A program made the position numbers and the translations under genes. A DNA stretch of 30,273 bases from Gaiellaceae bacterium (lineage in GTDB: Bacteria > Actinomycetota > Thermoleophilia > Gaiellales > Gaiellaceae): positions 1 to 30,273 of the forward strand of contig DATAAQ010000136.1 in NCBI GenBank assembly GCA_036260055.1, written 5' to 3'. Under the pieces are notes generated by a model. That model searched no databases. It had not been told where the DNA came from and saw only the letters and a list, made by a program, of their open reading frames with translations. Below are positions 16,101 to 22,998 of the stretch, in pieces. How positions within the stretch are numbered: position 1 is the stretch's first letter; each line of letters begins with the position of its first letter.

Positions 16101-16431
16101 CCGCCCCCCGGCCGAGCAGTGTGAACGAGGACGAGCGGCCGCCGCGGTGGAGGTCCGCGCCGCTCGCGGCGAACGTCCGCCCGAGGGCGCCGGTCACGCG
16201 GGCGTCGGCGGCCGCGTAGTCCTCAGCCGGGACGTGGGCGGAGATCTCGACGGTGGTCTCCTCCACCGGAGCGCTCGCGAGAGCGCGCTCGAGCCCGGCT
16301 TCCGCGACGGCGTCGGAGTAGATCGGGATCGCCGCTACGAGCGTCGCGGCAACCAGCACGGTGACGAACGCGCCGCTCAGAAGGAGCCAGCTTGCAGCGG
16401 CCCGCTGCACCACGAGTCGGAAGGCGCCCAC
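13150..16431 (-). CDS. Large FtsX-like ABC permease (1093 aa)
   Basis: FtsX motifs ERRVETALLAARGA and ERTTEFAVVRSLGLS, QAAYETGADVRV, multiple TM blocks and two large extracytoplasmic domains. Confidence 0.9.
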   Translation of the reverse strand: MGAFRLVVQRAAASWLLLSGAFVTVLVAATLVAAIPIYSDAVAEAGLERALASAPVEETTVEISAHVPAEDYAAADARVTGALGRTFAASGADLHRGGRSSSFTLLGRGAGALTVFGFLEGIERHADLVAGTWPGRGVAVEAALSEPAARALGVSLGAVLPVAARTGEERRLDVRVSGVFRALDPAAAFWRASPLELGGVQRADFTTFGPLVVPRATFFELAAGAEEVRWRAAPSFAALEVEEVGPLRRALERLDDRLAAGGTGFQVDGGLAGLLRDAERSLLVARSGVLVPSLQLAILAAYALLFTAFLIAEERRVETALLAARGADGRRIATVALLEGALLAVPAALAGPWVAAASLRLLERVGPLAEIDLALSPRVGPEAYGLAAVASAACVVALVVPALRSPRVALAVAAIGRPPARGIVQRARLDVVLLALALLAYWQLRRYGAPLIEDAQGRLGIDPLLVAAPALGLLAGAVLALRIVPALTRLAERLGGPARGVVAPLGVRQLSRRPRGYARSALLLTLALAIGLFAAAFGSTWSRSQEDQAAYETGADVRVRPDERSGALPAVAFPRAYEALEGVRKAVPVVEDTFALDGPRGAVVALDAAEAASVVSLRSDLAGRPVERVFDPLVPERPVLAGLGLPGEPTRLAVTARVDLDPRVRRFGFFGGVPGLESFAVASPSLALVLRDRAGLLHWYRAGELGRRQRARRFEIELVPPVAGGAEAAPAYPLELVAVELTVIAPYQVSREGILTVESLEAGPPGALRSVPLTPAPWSVREPDLPYAERAPRGLLEADAEGLDLFFTTGATSQTEAEVVFRLFPGAPSPPKVLPALATSTFLDASEARPGELFPVELAGARRSIEIAGSLSGVPTVEPATPALVIDPGTYGELVYLARATRPEASSWWLDTAPGEAESVAETLRAAPFSSAEAVSRQGRAAALQNDPVALGTIGALSLGFLAAAVFAAVGFAVSSAVSARERTTEFAVVRSLGLSSRQLTGWLVLENGLLVALSLAGGTALGLLLAHFVLPTVSLTQTGARPFPRPIVEVPWVTVAWLEAAMLLALVLIIALEVRLLRKVDVAAAVRAGEVR

Positions 16432-16444
16432 CTAGACCGTTCGA

Positions 16445-16461
16445 CGTCCGCCGGGCGGACG
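16445..16461. promoter_or_regulatory. 17-bp palindrome CGTCCGCC-G-GGCGGACG between divergent starts (candidate operator or hairpin)
   Basis: Perfect 8-bp arms in the 72-bp gap between the ABC operon and the 16504 gene. Confidence 0.35.
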
Positions 16462-16503
16462 CAGTTTGCGCGCGGCGTCGGGCGCGCCGTATCCTCGGGA
16501 GCC

Positions 16504-17121
16504 GTGCCAGCCGTCGTCCTCGGGCCGGGGGAGCTCGTCCACGAGCGGCCTTTCACCGACCCCGCGCACACGAGCCGGGAGGCTGGGCTCATGGAGGACG
16601 CGCTCTCGGAGCTGCGGAAGCGGGCCGCGACCTGGGTCGGCGACGATCGGCGCGGCGTCGTCCTCCGGGAGCGCGACGACGAGGGCCACCGCCACCTGAT
16701 CGTCGTGCCCGACACCCGGGCGCTTCTCGAGGCCGACGGGCTCACCGCGGTGGGCTTCTTCGGCCATCCGCGGGACGACGTCGACCACGGCATCCTCTTC
16801 GAGCTGGAGGACGAGCTCGTGGCGGGAATGGAGGCCTACGCCGACGCCGGCCTCCTGACGTACTACGACGTCGAGCTCCCGAAGAGCCGTTACGGCAACC
16901 TCGTCCTCTTCGCGACGCCCGATATCCCAGCGGAGTGGGTGGCCGACGCGGTCCACCGGCGCGCGGTCGAGATCTCGCCGCGGCACTACTACGACGTGAG
17001 GCTGCACAAGGGGCGCATCGCCGGACGGCTCCTCGACGGAGGCGGGCTGACGATCGAGCGGACGAAGTACTTCGACTTCGCCGGCGAGGAGGAGTGGCGC
17101 GCGCTCCGGCGCTTCGCCTGA
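16504..17121 (+). CDS. Hypothetical protein (~205 aa), possibly a dimeric alpha-beta barrel fold
   Basis: Strong GC3-biased coding signal from the GTG at 16504, 8 nt after TATCCT. The longer track ORF from 16057 is antisense read-through. Pattern VGFFG..R....GLLTYY..YGNLVLF..W...HRRAV. Confidence 0.8.
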   Translation: MPAVVLGPGELVHERPFTDPAHTSREAGLMEDALSELRKRAATWVGDDRRGVVLRERDDEGHRHLIVVPDTRALLEADGLTAVGFFGHPRDDVDHGILFELEDELVAGMEAYADAGLLTYYDVELPKSRYGNLVLFATPDIPAEWVADAVHRRAVEISPRHYYDVRLHKGRIAGRLLDGGGLTIERTKYFDFAGEEEWRALRRFA

Positions 17122-17130
17122 GACTTGGCT

Positions 17131-17181
17131 CCCGCTACGCGGGCGGCGCGGCGGGCGGCCTGCGGCGCCGCTGATAGCGGG
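17131..17181. terminator. Imperfect GC-rich stem-loop between the convergent hypothetical gene and the tRNA
   Basis: CCCGCTA (17131-37) pairs with TAGCGGG (17175-81), and GCGGCGC (17143-49) with GCGCCGC (17165-71). No U-tract. Confidence 0.3.
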
Positions 17182-17290
17182 ACCAGAGGCGCCGGCCCAG
17201 CCAGAGGAGCACGACCCAGCGAAGACGTCCGAACATCGCCCGAGGTTATGACCCGGGCGGGCCCGCGCGTAACGTCGCCGCGGTCGTCAG

Positions 17291-17363
17291 TGGAGCCAAC
17301 GGGACTCGAACCCGTGACCTTCGCGCTGCCAGCGCGACGCTCTCCCAGCTGAGCTATGGCCCC
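17291..17363 (-). tRNA. tRNA-Ala(GGC), CCA not encoded
   Basis: GGGGCCA TA GCTC AGCTGGGA GAGC G TCGCG CT-GGC-AG CGCGA AGGTC ACGGG TTCGAGT CCCGT TGGCTCC A. G3-U70 identity pair and A73. The next bases are CT, not CCA. Confidence 0.98.
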
Positions 17364-17376
17364 AGATGCGCCTCCC

Positions 17377-17382
17377 AGTCTA
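17377..17382 (-). promoter_or_regulatory. -10 box TAGACT upstream of tRNA-Ala
   Basis: 13 nt before the mature tRNA 5' end. The same CTAGACTG occurs upstream of mreC. Confidence 0.5.
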
Positions 17383-17472
17383 GCCGCGGGCGACCGCCGC
17401 CGTCAGTCCCGTCCCGGACCCCGGCTCGCCGCGGCGCTTTTGCCCGCGGGGCGGGCCGGAAAGACGAGGGAG

Positions 17473-17667
17473 GTGCCCGAGAAGACCGACTACAGCCCCG
17501 TCACGGAGCGTGCGCCGGAGGCCGAGCAGCGCAAGGAGCGGCGCACGTGGGCGCCTTTCCTGCTCGGGTTCCACGCGTTCTGGATCTACGCCCTCCTCGT
17601 CGCGGGCATCATCCTCCTCGTCATCTACCTCACCGGGGGGTTCGGCGAGGGCGGCACCGAGCGCTAG
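17473..17667 (+). CDS. Small single-pass membrane protein (64 aa)
   Basis: GAGGGAG RBS before the GTG at 17473, and a hydrophobic segment FLLGFHAFWIYALLVAGIILLVIYLTGG. Its stop abuts the rsfS stop with no gap. Confidence 0.65.
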   Translation: MPEKTDYSPVTERAPEAEQRKERRTWAPFLLGFHAFWIYALLVAGIILLVIYLTGGFGEGGTER

Positions 17668-18021
17668 TCAGGCGCCGACGGCCAGCTCGACAGAGGGGAC
17701 GTCGCCCCAGAGCTCTTCGAGCCGGTAGAACTCGCGCGCCTCGGGTGTGAACACGTGGAGGACGACGTCGAGGTAGTCGACGACGATCCAGCGCGCCTCG
17801 GCGACTCCCGCAACGCTCCGCGGGACGAGGCGCTCGCCGTGCTTGAGCTGCTCGTGCACCTCGTCGTAGATCGCCTTCGTCTGCCGAGGGTTCTGTCCCG
17901 TGCAGAGGACGAAGTAGTCCGTGTAGGAGCACACGGGCCGCATGTCGAGGATGACGACGTCGCCGGCGAGCTTCTCCTGCGCGAGCTCGGCGATGCGACG
18001 GGCTTGCTGGATCGGCGTCAG
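17668..18021 (-). CDS. rsfS: Ribosome silencing factor RsfS (Iojap); start probably CTG at 18021
   Basis: ARRIAELAQEKLAGDVVILDM..YTDYFVLCTG.N.RQTKAI..WIVVDYLDVVLHVF..REFYRLEELWGD. The conserved N-terminal helix lies upstream of the track ATG at 17943, and I found no ATG/GTG/TTG in frame just ahead of it. Confidence 0.93.
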   Translation of the reverse strand: MTPIQQARRIAELAQEKLAGDVVILDMRPVCSYTDYFVLCTGQNPRQTKAIYDEVHEQLKHGERLVPRSVAGVAEARWIVVDYLDVVLHVFTPEAREFYRLEELWGDVPSVELAVGA

Positions 18022-18044
18022 CGGCCTGTTTTCTCCTTCGTCAT
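18018..18044 (-). CDS. Candidate 8-aa uORF MTKEKTGR whose TGA overlaps the rsfS CTG (CTGA)
   Basis: TAGGCT-N8-ATG ACG AAG GAG AAA ACA GGC CGC TGA. Confidence 0.3.
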   Translation of the reverse strand: MTKEKTGR

Positions 18045-18078
18045 CTGCCCTCAGCCTAGCTCTGCCCTCGGAGGGCGG

Positions 18079-18663
18079 TCAACAACCATCGTAGAGGCGG
18101 AGCTCCGCGATCAGCTCGCCCACCCGCTCGGGCACGAGGCCGTCGATCGGCTCGGCCCCCGCGACGCGGCGGCGGACCTCCCTCGACGAGATCGGGATCT
18201 CCGGGATCTCGAAGAAGTCCACGCGCTCCGGCCGGGCCAGGCCCGCGAGCACCGGCTCGAGCTCCTCCCGCGGATACCCCGGCCTCGTCGCGACGCCGAG
18301 GCGGACGTGCGCGAGAACGTCGTCCGGCTGCCGCCAGCGGAGGAAGGCGGCGAACTCGTCGGCTCCGACGAGGAAGACGACGTCGCCCCACTGCGCCTCG
18401 GCCCAGCGAGCCGTGTCGACGGTGTACGAGGGCCCGGGCCGCTCGAGCTCGTGGCGCGAGAGCTCGACGCGCGGCCGTCCACCGAAGGCCGCCTCGGCCA
18501 GGCGGAAGCGCGTCTCCGCGTCGGTTCCCACGCGCTTGTGGGGCGGCGTCCCCGTGACGACGACGACGAGCCGGGCGAGCGCGAAACGGACGAGCGCCGC
18601 GTCGGCGAGCGCGACGTGGCCGTTGTGCGGAGGGTCGAACGCGCCGCCGAGGAGCCCCGTCAC
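18079..18663 (-). CDS. nadD: Nicotinate-nucleotide adenylyltransferase
   Basis: GGAFDPPHNGH, GPSYTVDT, VGAD, ISSREVR. GTGA overlap with obgE. Confidence 0.96.
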   Translation of the reverse strand: MTGLLGGAFDPPHNGHVALADAALVRFALARLVVVVTGTPPHKRVGTDAETRFRLAEAAFGGRPRVELSRHELERPGPSYTVDTARWAEAQWGDVVFLVGADEFAAFLRWRQPDDVLAHVRLGVATRPGYPREELEPVLAGLARPERVDFFEIPEIPISSREVRRRVAGAEPIDGLVPERVGELIAELRLYDGC

Positions 18664-19811
18664 TCCTCGAACTCCACGACGTCGCCGGGACGGACGCCGG
18701 CCGCGCGGAGCTCGTCCTCGGACGCCTCTCCGCGAACGCGGTAGCCGCCGTCCGTCCGGAAGATGCGGGCGCCCCGCCGGCGCGGCGGCAGCGGCCGGTA
18801 CACGAGGTAGTCCGCCATCTCCTCGTCCACCGGAGGGGCGGGGGCACGCTCCGGGACGAGCTCGAAGAGGGCGCGCGCGAGCTCGCCGACGCCCTCGCCC
18901 GTCACGGCGGAGGTCCGGAGCACTGCCCGCACGCGCGGGTCGTCGGGCTCGAACGTCGCCGCCCCGCCCAGGTCGGCCTTGCTCAGCACGACGACCTGCG
19001 GCCGCTCCGCGAGCCCCGCCCCGTAGGCGGCGAGCTCGCGGTCGATCGCGTGAAATCGCTCCGCGACGGGCTCCCGGGCGTCGATCACGTGGAGGAAGAG
19101 ACGGGCGCGCTCGAGGTGCGCCAGGAACTCGTCGCCGAGGCCGACGCCTTCGCTCGCCCCCTCGAGGAGGCCCGGAACGTCGGCGACGGTGAGCTGGCGC
19201 CCGTCGGGAGCCTCGACGGTGCCGAGCACCGGCGCGACCGTCGTGAACGGGTAGTCGGCCACCTTCGGCTTCGCGTTCGAGAGGCGGCGGAGGAGGGACG
19301 ACTTCCCTGCGTTCGGGAAGCCGAGAAGCGCCGCGTCGGCGAGCAGCTTCAGGCGGAGCTCGAGCTCGGCCTCCTCGCCGGGCGAGCCGATCTCCGCGAT
19401 CCTCGGCGCCTGGCGCGTCGGGCCCGCGAAGCGGCGGTTGCCCGCGCCGCCGTGCCCGCCGTGGGCGACGACGACGCGCGCGCCGGCGTGGGCGAGGTCG
19501 GCCAGCAGCCGGCCCTCCGCGTCGAAAACCTGCGTCCCGACGGGCACGCGGAGCTCGCTGTCCTCCCCCTCGGCGCCGTGACGGTTCGACCCCTCGCCGT
19601 GCCGCCCGCGACCCGCCTGGAAGTCACGCTTCCGCGCGAAGAAGGAGAGGTCGCGGAGATCCGGGTCGGCCGTGAGGAGGACGTCGCCGCCGTCACCGCC
19701 GTCGCCGCCGTCCGGCCCTCCCCTGGGCACGTACTTCTCGCGCCTGAAGGAGAGGGCGCCGTCGCCGCCGCGGCCGCCGCGGACGCGGATCCGCGCGCGG
19801 TCGTGGAACAT
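18660..19811 (-). CDS. obgE: GTPase ObgE/CgtA with a shortened C-terminal OCT domain
   Basis: Gly-rich OBG fold (GGRGGDG, FRREKYVPRGGPDGGDGG), G1 GFPNAGKSS, G2 YPFTT, G3 DVPG, G4 SKAD, G5 SAVTG. Confidence 0.98.
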   Translation of the reverse strand: MFHDRARIRVRGGRGGDGALSFRREKYVPRGGPDGGDGGDGGDVLLTADPDLRDLSFFARKRDFQAGRGRHGEGSNRHGAEGEDSELRVPVGTQVFDAEGRLLADLAHAGARVVVAHGGHGGAGNRRFAGPTRQAPRIAEIGSPGEEAELELRLKLLADAALLGFPNAGKSSLLRRLSNAKPKVADYPFTTVAPVLGTVEAPDGRQLTVADVPGLLEGASEGVGLGDEFLAHLERARLFLHVIDAREPVAERFHAIDRELAAYGAGLAERPQVVVLSKADLGGAATFEPDDPRVRAVLRTSAVTGEGVGELARALFELVPERAPAPPVDEEMADYLVYRPLPPRRRGARIFRTDGGYRVRGEASEDELRAAGVRPGDVVEFEE

Positions 19812-19818
19812 CGCCGGC

Positions 19819-20064
19819 CTAGCGAACCGAGACGATGCGGCCTGCGCCGTTCGTCTCGAACGCGACCGTCCCGTCGCGCTTGGCGAAGATCGTGTGGTCG
19901 CGGCCGAGGCCGGTCCCCGGACCCGCGCGGAAGCGCGTGCCCCGCTGGCGCACGACGATCATCCCTGCCTTGATCTCCTGGCCGTCGAAGATCTTGACGC
20001 CGAGCCGCTTGGACTCGGAGTCGCGACCGTTCTTCGACGAGCCCAGTCCCTTCTTGTGGGCCAT
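19819..20064 (-). CDS. rpmA: 50S ribosomal protein L27
   Basis: [40 protein letters not shown]. Confidence 0.99.
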   Translation of the reverse strand: MAHKKGLGSSKNGRDSESKRLGVKIFDGQEIKAGMIVVRQRGTRFRAGPGTGLGRDHTIFAKRDGTVAFETNGAGRIVSVR

Positions 20065-20507
20065 CAGGCCTTCTCCTCGCTCTTCTTCCTGCTCGTGCTC
20101 TTTCGCGCCGCCGCGGCCGGCTTCTTCGCCGCCGTCTTCCTCGCGGCCGGCTTCTTCTCGGCGGCCTCCTTCTTCGCCGCCGCCGGGCGCGCGGCCTTCT
20201 TGCCGATGGACTCGATCTCGATCTGCGTCAAGCGGGCACGGAAGCCGTTCCGGCGGCGGTAGCCCGTGCGGCGGCGGTGCTTGCCGACGACGACCTTCTC
20301 GCCGAGGACGTGCGCCGCCACCTTCGCTGTCACCTGCTGGCCCTTGACGCCGTCCCCGAGCGCAGGATCGCCGTCGCCGCCGAGCATGAGCAGGTCCGGG
20401 TGGAAGGTCTTCCCCTCCCCGACGGACAGGCGGTCGACGAGCAGGCGCTCGCCCTCGCGGACGCGGTACTGCTTCCCTCCGATCCTGACGACGGCGTAGG
20501 CGCTCAT
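20064..20507 (-). CDS. rplU: 50S ribosomal protein L21 with a Lys/Ala-rich C-terminal tail
   Basis: [32 protein letters not shown] at 20507 overlaps the rne stop (ATGA), and a TGATG overlap joins it to rpmA. Confidence 0.97.
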   Translation of the reverse strand: MSAYAVVRIGGKQYRVREGERLLVDRLSVGEGKTFHPDLLMLGGDGDPALGDGVKGQQVTAKVAAHVLGEKVVVGKHRRRTGYRRRNGFRARLTQIEIESIGKKAARPAAAKKEAAEKKPAARKTAAKKPAAAARKSTSRKKSEEKA

Positions 20508-22828
20508 GACGTGGAAGGAGCGGGCTCCTGGCCCGCTTCCGGAGAGGATTCTAGCGGCTTCTTCCTGCGTCCGCGCCCGCCGCGGCTGCCCCGCCGCGTC
20601 TTCTTCTTCGGCTTCTCCTCGGCGGCTGCGGCCTCGTCGCCGCCGCCTGCGGCCGGCTCCTCGGGCTCCTCGGTCGTCGCCTCCGCCTCCGGAGCCGGCG
20701 CGGTCGCGGGCTTCTTCTTGCGCCCCCGGCCTCCGCGGCTCCCGCGCCGCGTCTTCCGCTTCGGCTTCTCCTCCTCCTGCGCCGCGGCCTCGCCGCCCTC
20801 CTCCTCCGGAGCGGCCCCGTCGACCGCCGTGCCGGGCGGCGTGCCGTCGGCGAGCACGGCCGTCGCCGACGTGCGCCCGGCCTGCTCGACCCGGACGCGC
20901 ACCGTCTCGCCGACCCGCGCGGCCGCCCCGGTCACGGTGATGACGTATCCGTCGCGGCGGGCGATCGCGTCCTCGTCGTCGTGGAGGTGGACGTCGACCA
21001 GCGTGACGTCGAGCTCCTCGCCGGGCGCCACGGGGAACGCCTGCGGGTCGATCTCGGCCGCCTTCCCCTCGGCGAGCACCTTGAAGTGATCCTGGCGAAA
21101 GCTCTTCTTCGTCTTGAACGCGAACCGGCGGCCCGTCTCCTTCTCGAGCTCGTCGAGCCGCACGCCGCCAGGCCCGATGAGCATGCCGGCGACGTTCGAG
21201 TTGAGCTCGACGAGGAACCCCTCGCTCTTCGAGCCGGCCACGTGCGCGCGCAGGCGCCGCTCGATCTCGACGGCATGCGTCTCGGTCGAGACGACGACCC
21301 CGTTGCCGTCGCAGGTCGCGCACCTCACGGTGAGGATCTCGCGGGGGCCGTCCGTGACGTTCTGCCGCGTCATCTCGACGAGCCCGAGGGGCGAGATCTC
21401 GACGACGTACGTCTTCGTGCGGTCCCGCTGCAGCTCGCCGTTGAGAGCGTCCTCGACGAGCTGGCGGTTCTTCGGGTTCGCCATGTCGATGAAGTCGATG
21501 ACGATGATCCCGCCGATGTCCCGGAGGCGGAGCTGCCGCACGACCTCTGTCACGGCCTCGAGGTTGTTCTTCGTGATCGTGTCCTCGAGCCGCGCGCTCG
21601 ACTGCTTGCCCCGGCCCCCGACGAAGCGGCCGGTGTTGACGTCGATGACGGTGAACGCCTCCGCGTAGTCGAAGATGAGGTAGCCGCCCGAGGGCAGGTC
21701 GACGCGGCGGTCGAGCGTCGAGAGGACCGCTCCGCGCACACCCGCCTTCTCGAGCAGCGGCTGCTTGCCGCCGTACTTCTCGACGCGGGCGGCGAGCTCG
21801 GGCGACGTGCGCTTGAGGTAGCCGACGATCTTCCGGTACGTCCGCTCGTGGTCCACGAGGACGCGTTCGAAGTCGCGGATGAAGAGGTCGCGGACGATGC
21901 GGAGCGGGAGCTCCGCCTCCTGGTAGACGAGCGCCGGGGCCCCCGTGCGCCCCGCCCGCCCCTTGATCGTGGCCCAGAGCTTGACGAGGAGCTTGAGGTC
22001 GCCCGTCAGCTCCACCTCGGAGGCTCCCTCCGCGGCGGTACGGACGATGATGCCGCCCTCGGGCACCTCCAGTGTCTTGCAGATCGCCTTGAGGCGGTCG
22101 CGCTCGGCGTCCTCCAGCCGCCGCGAGACGCCGATGCCCTCGCCGAAGGGCGTGTAGACGAGGAAGCGGCCCGGCAGGGAGATCTCCGTCGTCAGGCGTG
22201 CGCCCTTCGTGCCCATGGGATCCTTGACCGCCTGCACGAGGACTTCCTCGCCCCGCGAGATGAGCTCGTGGATCTTCCGGCCCTGCCGGCGCCCCTCGAG
22301 CTCCGGGACGACGATCTCGTCGACGTAGAGGAAGCCGTTCTTCTCGAGGCCGATGTCGACGAACGAGGCCTCCATCCCGGGGAGGACGTTGTCGACGACG
22401 CCCTTGTAGATGTTGCCGGCGATCGAGCGGTGCCCCGGCCTGCCGAGGTAAACCTCGGCCGGCTTCCCGTCCTCCAGCACGGCGACGGTCTGCTCCCCGA
22501 CCTCGACGGAGACGACGATCTCCTTCTTGACCTGGGGGAGCGCCCGGCGCGCGCGCCCCGCCTGCGCCGGCTTGCGCTCCGTGCGGCGGCGTCTGGGCTT
22601 CGGCTTCGGCTCCTCCTCCGCCTTGGCCTCGGCCGCCTCCTCGGGCTTCGCCGCGGTGTCGGTCTTCTTCTTGCGGGCGCGTCCGCCGCGCGTCCCCCGG
22701 CGGCGGGCGGGCTTCTTCTCAGGCTCCTCGGCCGCCTGCGCGGCCGGCTCCTCCTCGGGGGGTGCTTCCGGAGCGGCGGCCTCGGCGGGCGCCTGCTCCT
22801 GCTTGCGCTTCCTGCGAAACCAGGGCAC
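20504..22828 (-). CDS. rne: Rne/Rng family ribonuclease with a TRAM-like domain and disordered Arg/Glu-rich termini
   Basis: [72 protein letters not shown], CxxC Zn-link CATC. AAAGGAG RBS. Confidence 0.97.
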   Translation of the reverse strand: MPWFRRKRKQEQAPAEAAAPEAPPEEEPAAQAAEEPEKKPARRRGTRGGRARKKKTDTAAKPEEAAEAKAEEEPKPKPRRRRTERKPAQAGRARRALPQVKKEIVVSVEVGEQTVAVLEDGKPAEVYLGRPGHRSIAGNIYKGVVDNVLPGMEASFVDIGLEKNGFLYVDEIVVPELEGRRQGRKIHELISRGEEVLVQAVKDPMGTKGARLTTEISLPGRFLVYTPFGEGIGVSRRLEDAERDRLKAICKTLEVPEGGIIVRTAAEGASEVELTGDLKLLVKLWATIKGRAGRTGAPALVYQEAELPLRIVRDLFIRDFERVLVDHERTYRKIVGYLKRTSPELAARVEKYGGKQPLLEKAGVRGAVLSTLDRRVDLPSGGYLIFDYAEAFTVIDVNTGRFVGGRGKQSSARLEDTITKNNLEAVTEVVRQLRLRDIGGIIVIDFIDMANPKNRQLVEDALNGELQRDRTKTYVVEISPLGLVEMTRQNVTDGPREILTVRCATCDGNGVVVSTETHAVEIERRLRAHVAGSKSEGFLVELNSNVAGMLIGPGGVRLDELEKETGRRFAFKTKKSFRQDHFKVLAEGKAAEIDPQAFPVAPGEELDVTLVDVHLHDDEDAIARRDGYVITVTGAAARVGETVRVRVEQAGRTSATAVLADGTPPGTAVDGAAPEEEGGEAAAQEEEKPKRKTRRGSRGGRGRKKKPATAPAPEAEATTEEPEEPAAGGGDEAAAAEEKPKKKTRRGSRGGRGRRKKPLESSPEAGQEPAPSTS
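20547..20558 (-). promoter_or_regulatory. Internal promoter GCCGCTAGAATC in the rne 3' end, probably driving rplU-rpmA-obgE
   Basis: TAGAAT at 20553-20548. The 12-mer is identical to the leuS promoter region. Confidence 0.55.
20557..20800 (-). repeat. Two degenerate intragenic repeats encoding [27 protein letters not shown]
   Basis: Similar ~80-bp units at about 20557-20640 and 20711-20795. A related RRRGTRGGR motif is in the rne N-terminus. Confidence 0.85.
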
Positions 22829-22984
22829 GTAATCGAGCTCCTTTCGGGCGCACGCTTCGCCCGGCGCCGGTCCGGCGATCGAGCAGGCGAGACGTGTCGG
22901 CCACGGCTGTCATGAATTCTCGGCGCCGGGATCCCGCTCGCCCGATCCGGGCTCGGTCCTCCCTACGCATTCCCGTCCAGCGTA
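22829..22984 (-). promoter_or_regulatory. Probable structured 5' leader of rne
   Basis: TACGCT box at 22984-22979, a 10-bp perfect inverted repeat (22860-22869 with 22921-22930), and hairpins at 22846-22862 and 22940-22952. Confidence 0.4.
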
Positions 22985-22998
22985 GCAGCGGCGCGAGC

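Noticed and set aside
17124-17131. TTGGCTCC matching the tRNA 3' end (possible att site)
   Set aside because: Only 8 bp and in inverted orientation. An att duplication would be a direct repeat, and there is no integrase.
17230-17245. CGAAC half-site (possible LexA box); also GTTCGA at about 16439
   Set aside because: The second half-site of CGAAC-N4-GTTCG is missing in both cases.
17324-17335. Unusual C32-G38 in the tRNA-Ala(GGC) anticodon loop
   Set aside because: A Watson-Crick 32-38 pair is a known feature of bacterial tRNA-Ala(GGC), so this is not novel.
17356-17472. Longer 103-aa version of the small membrane protein
   Set aside because: Its ATG lies inside the tRNA gene on the opposite strand. 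The GTG at 17473 has a clear RBS.
19819-20507. Absence of a Prp protease gene between rplU and rpmA
   Set aside because: Expected: L27 starts directly with MAHKKG and has no cleavable N-terminal extension.
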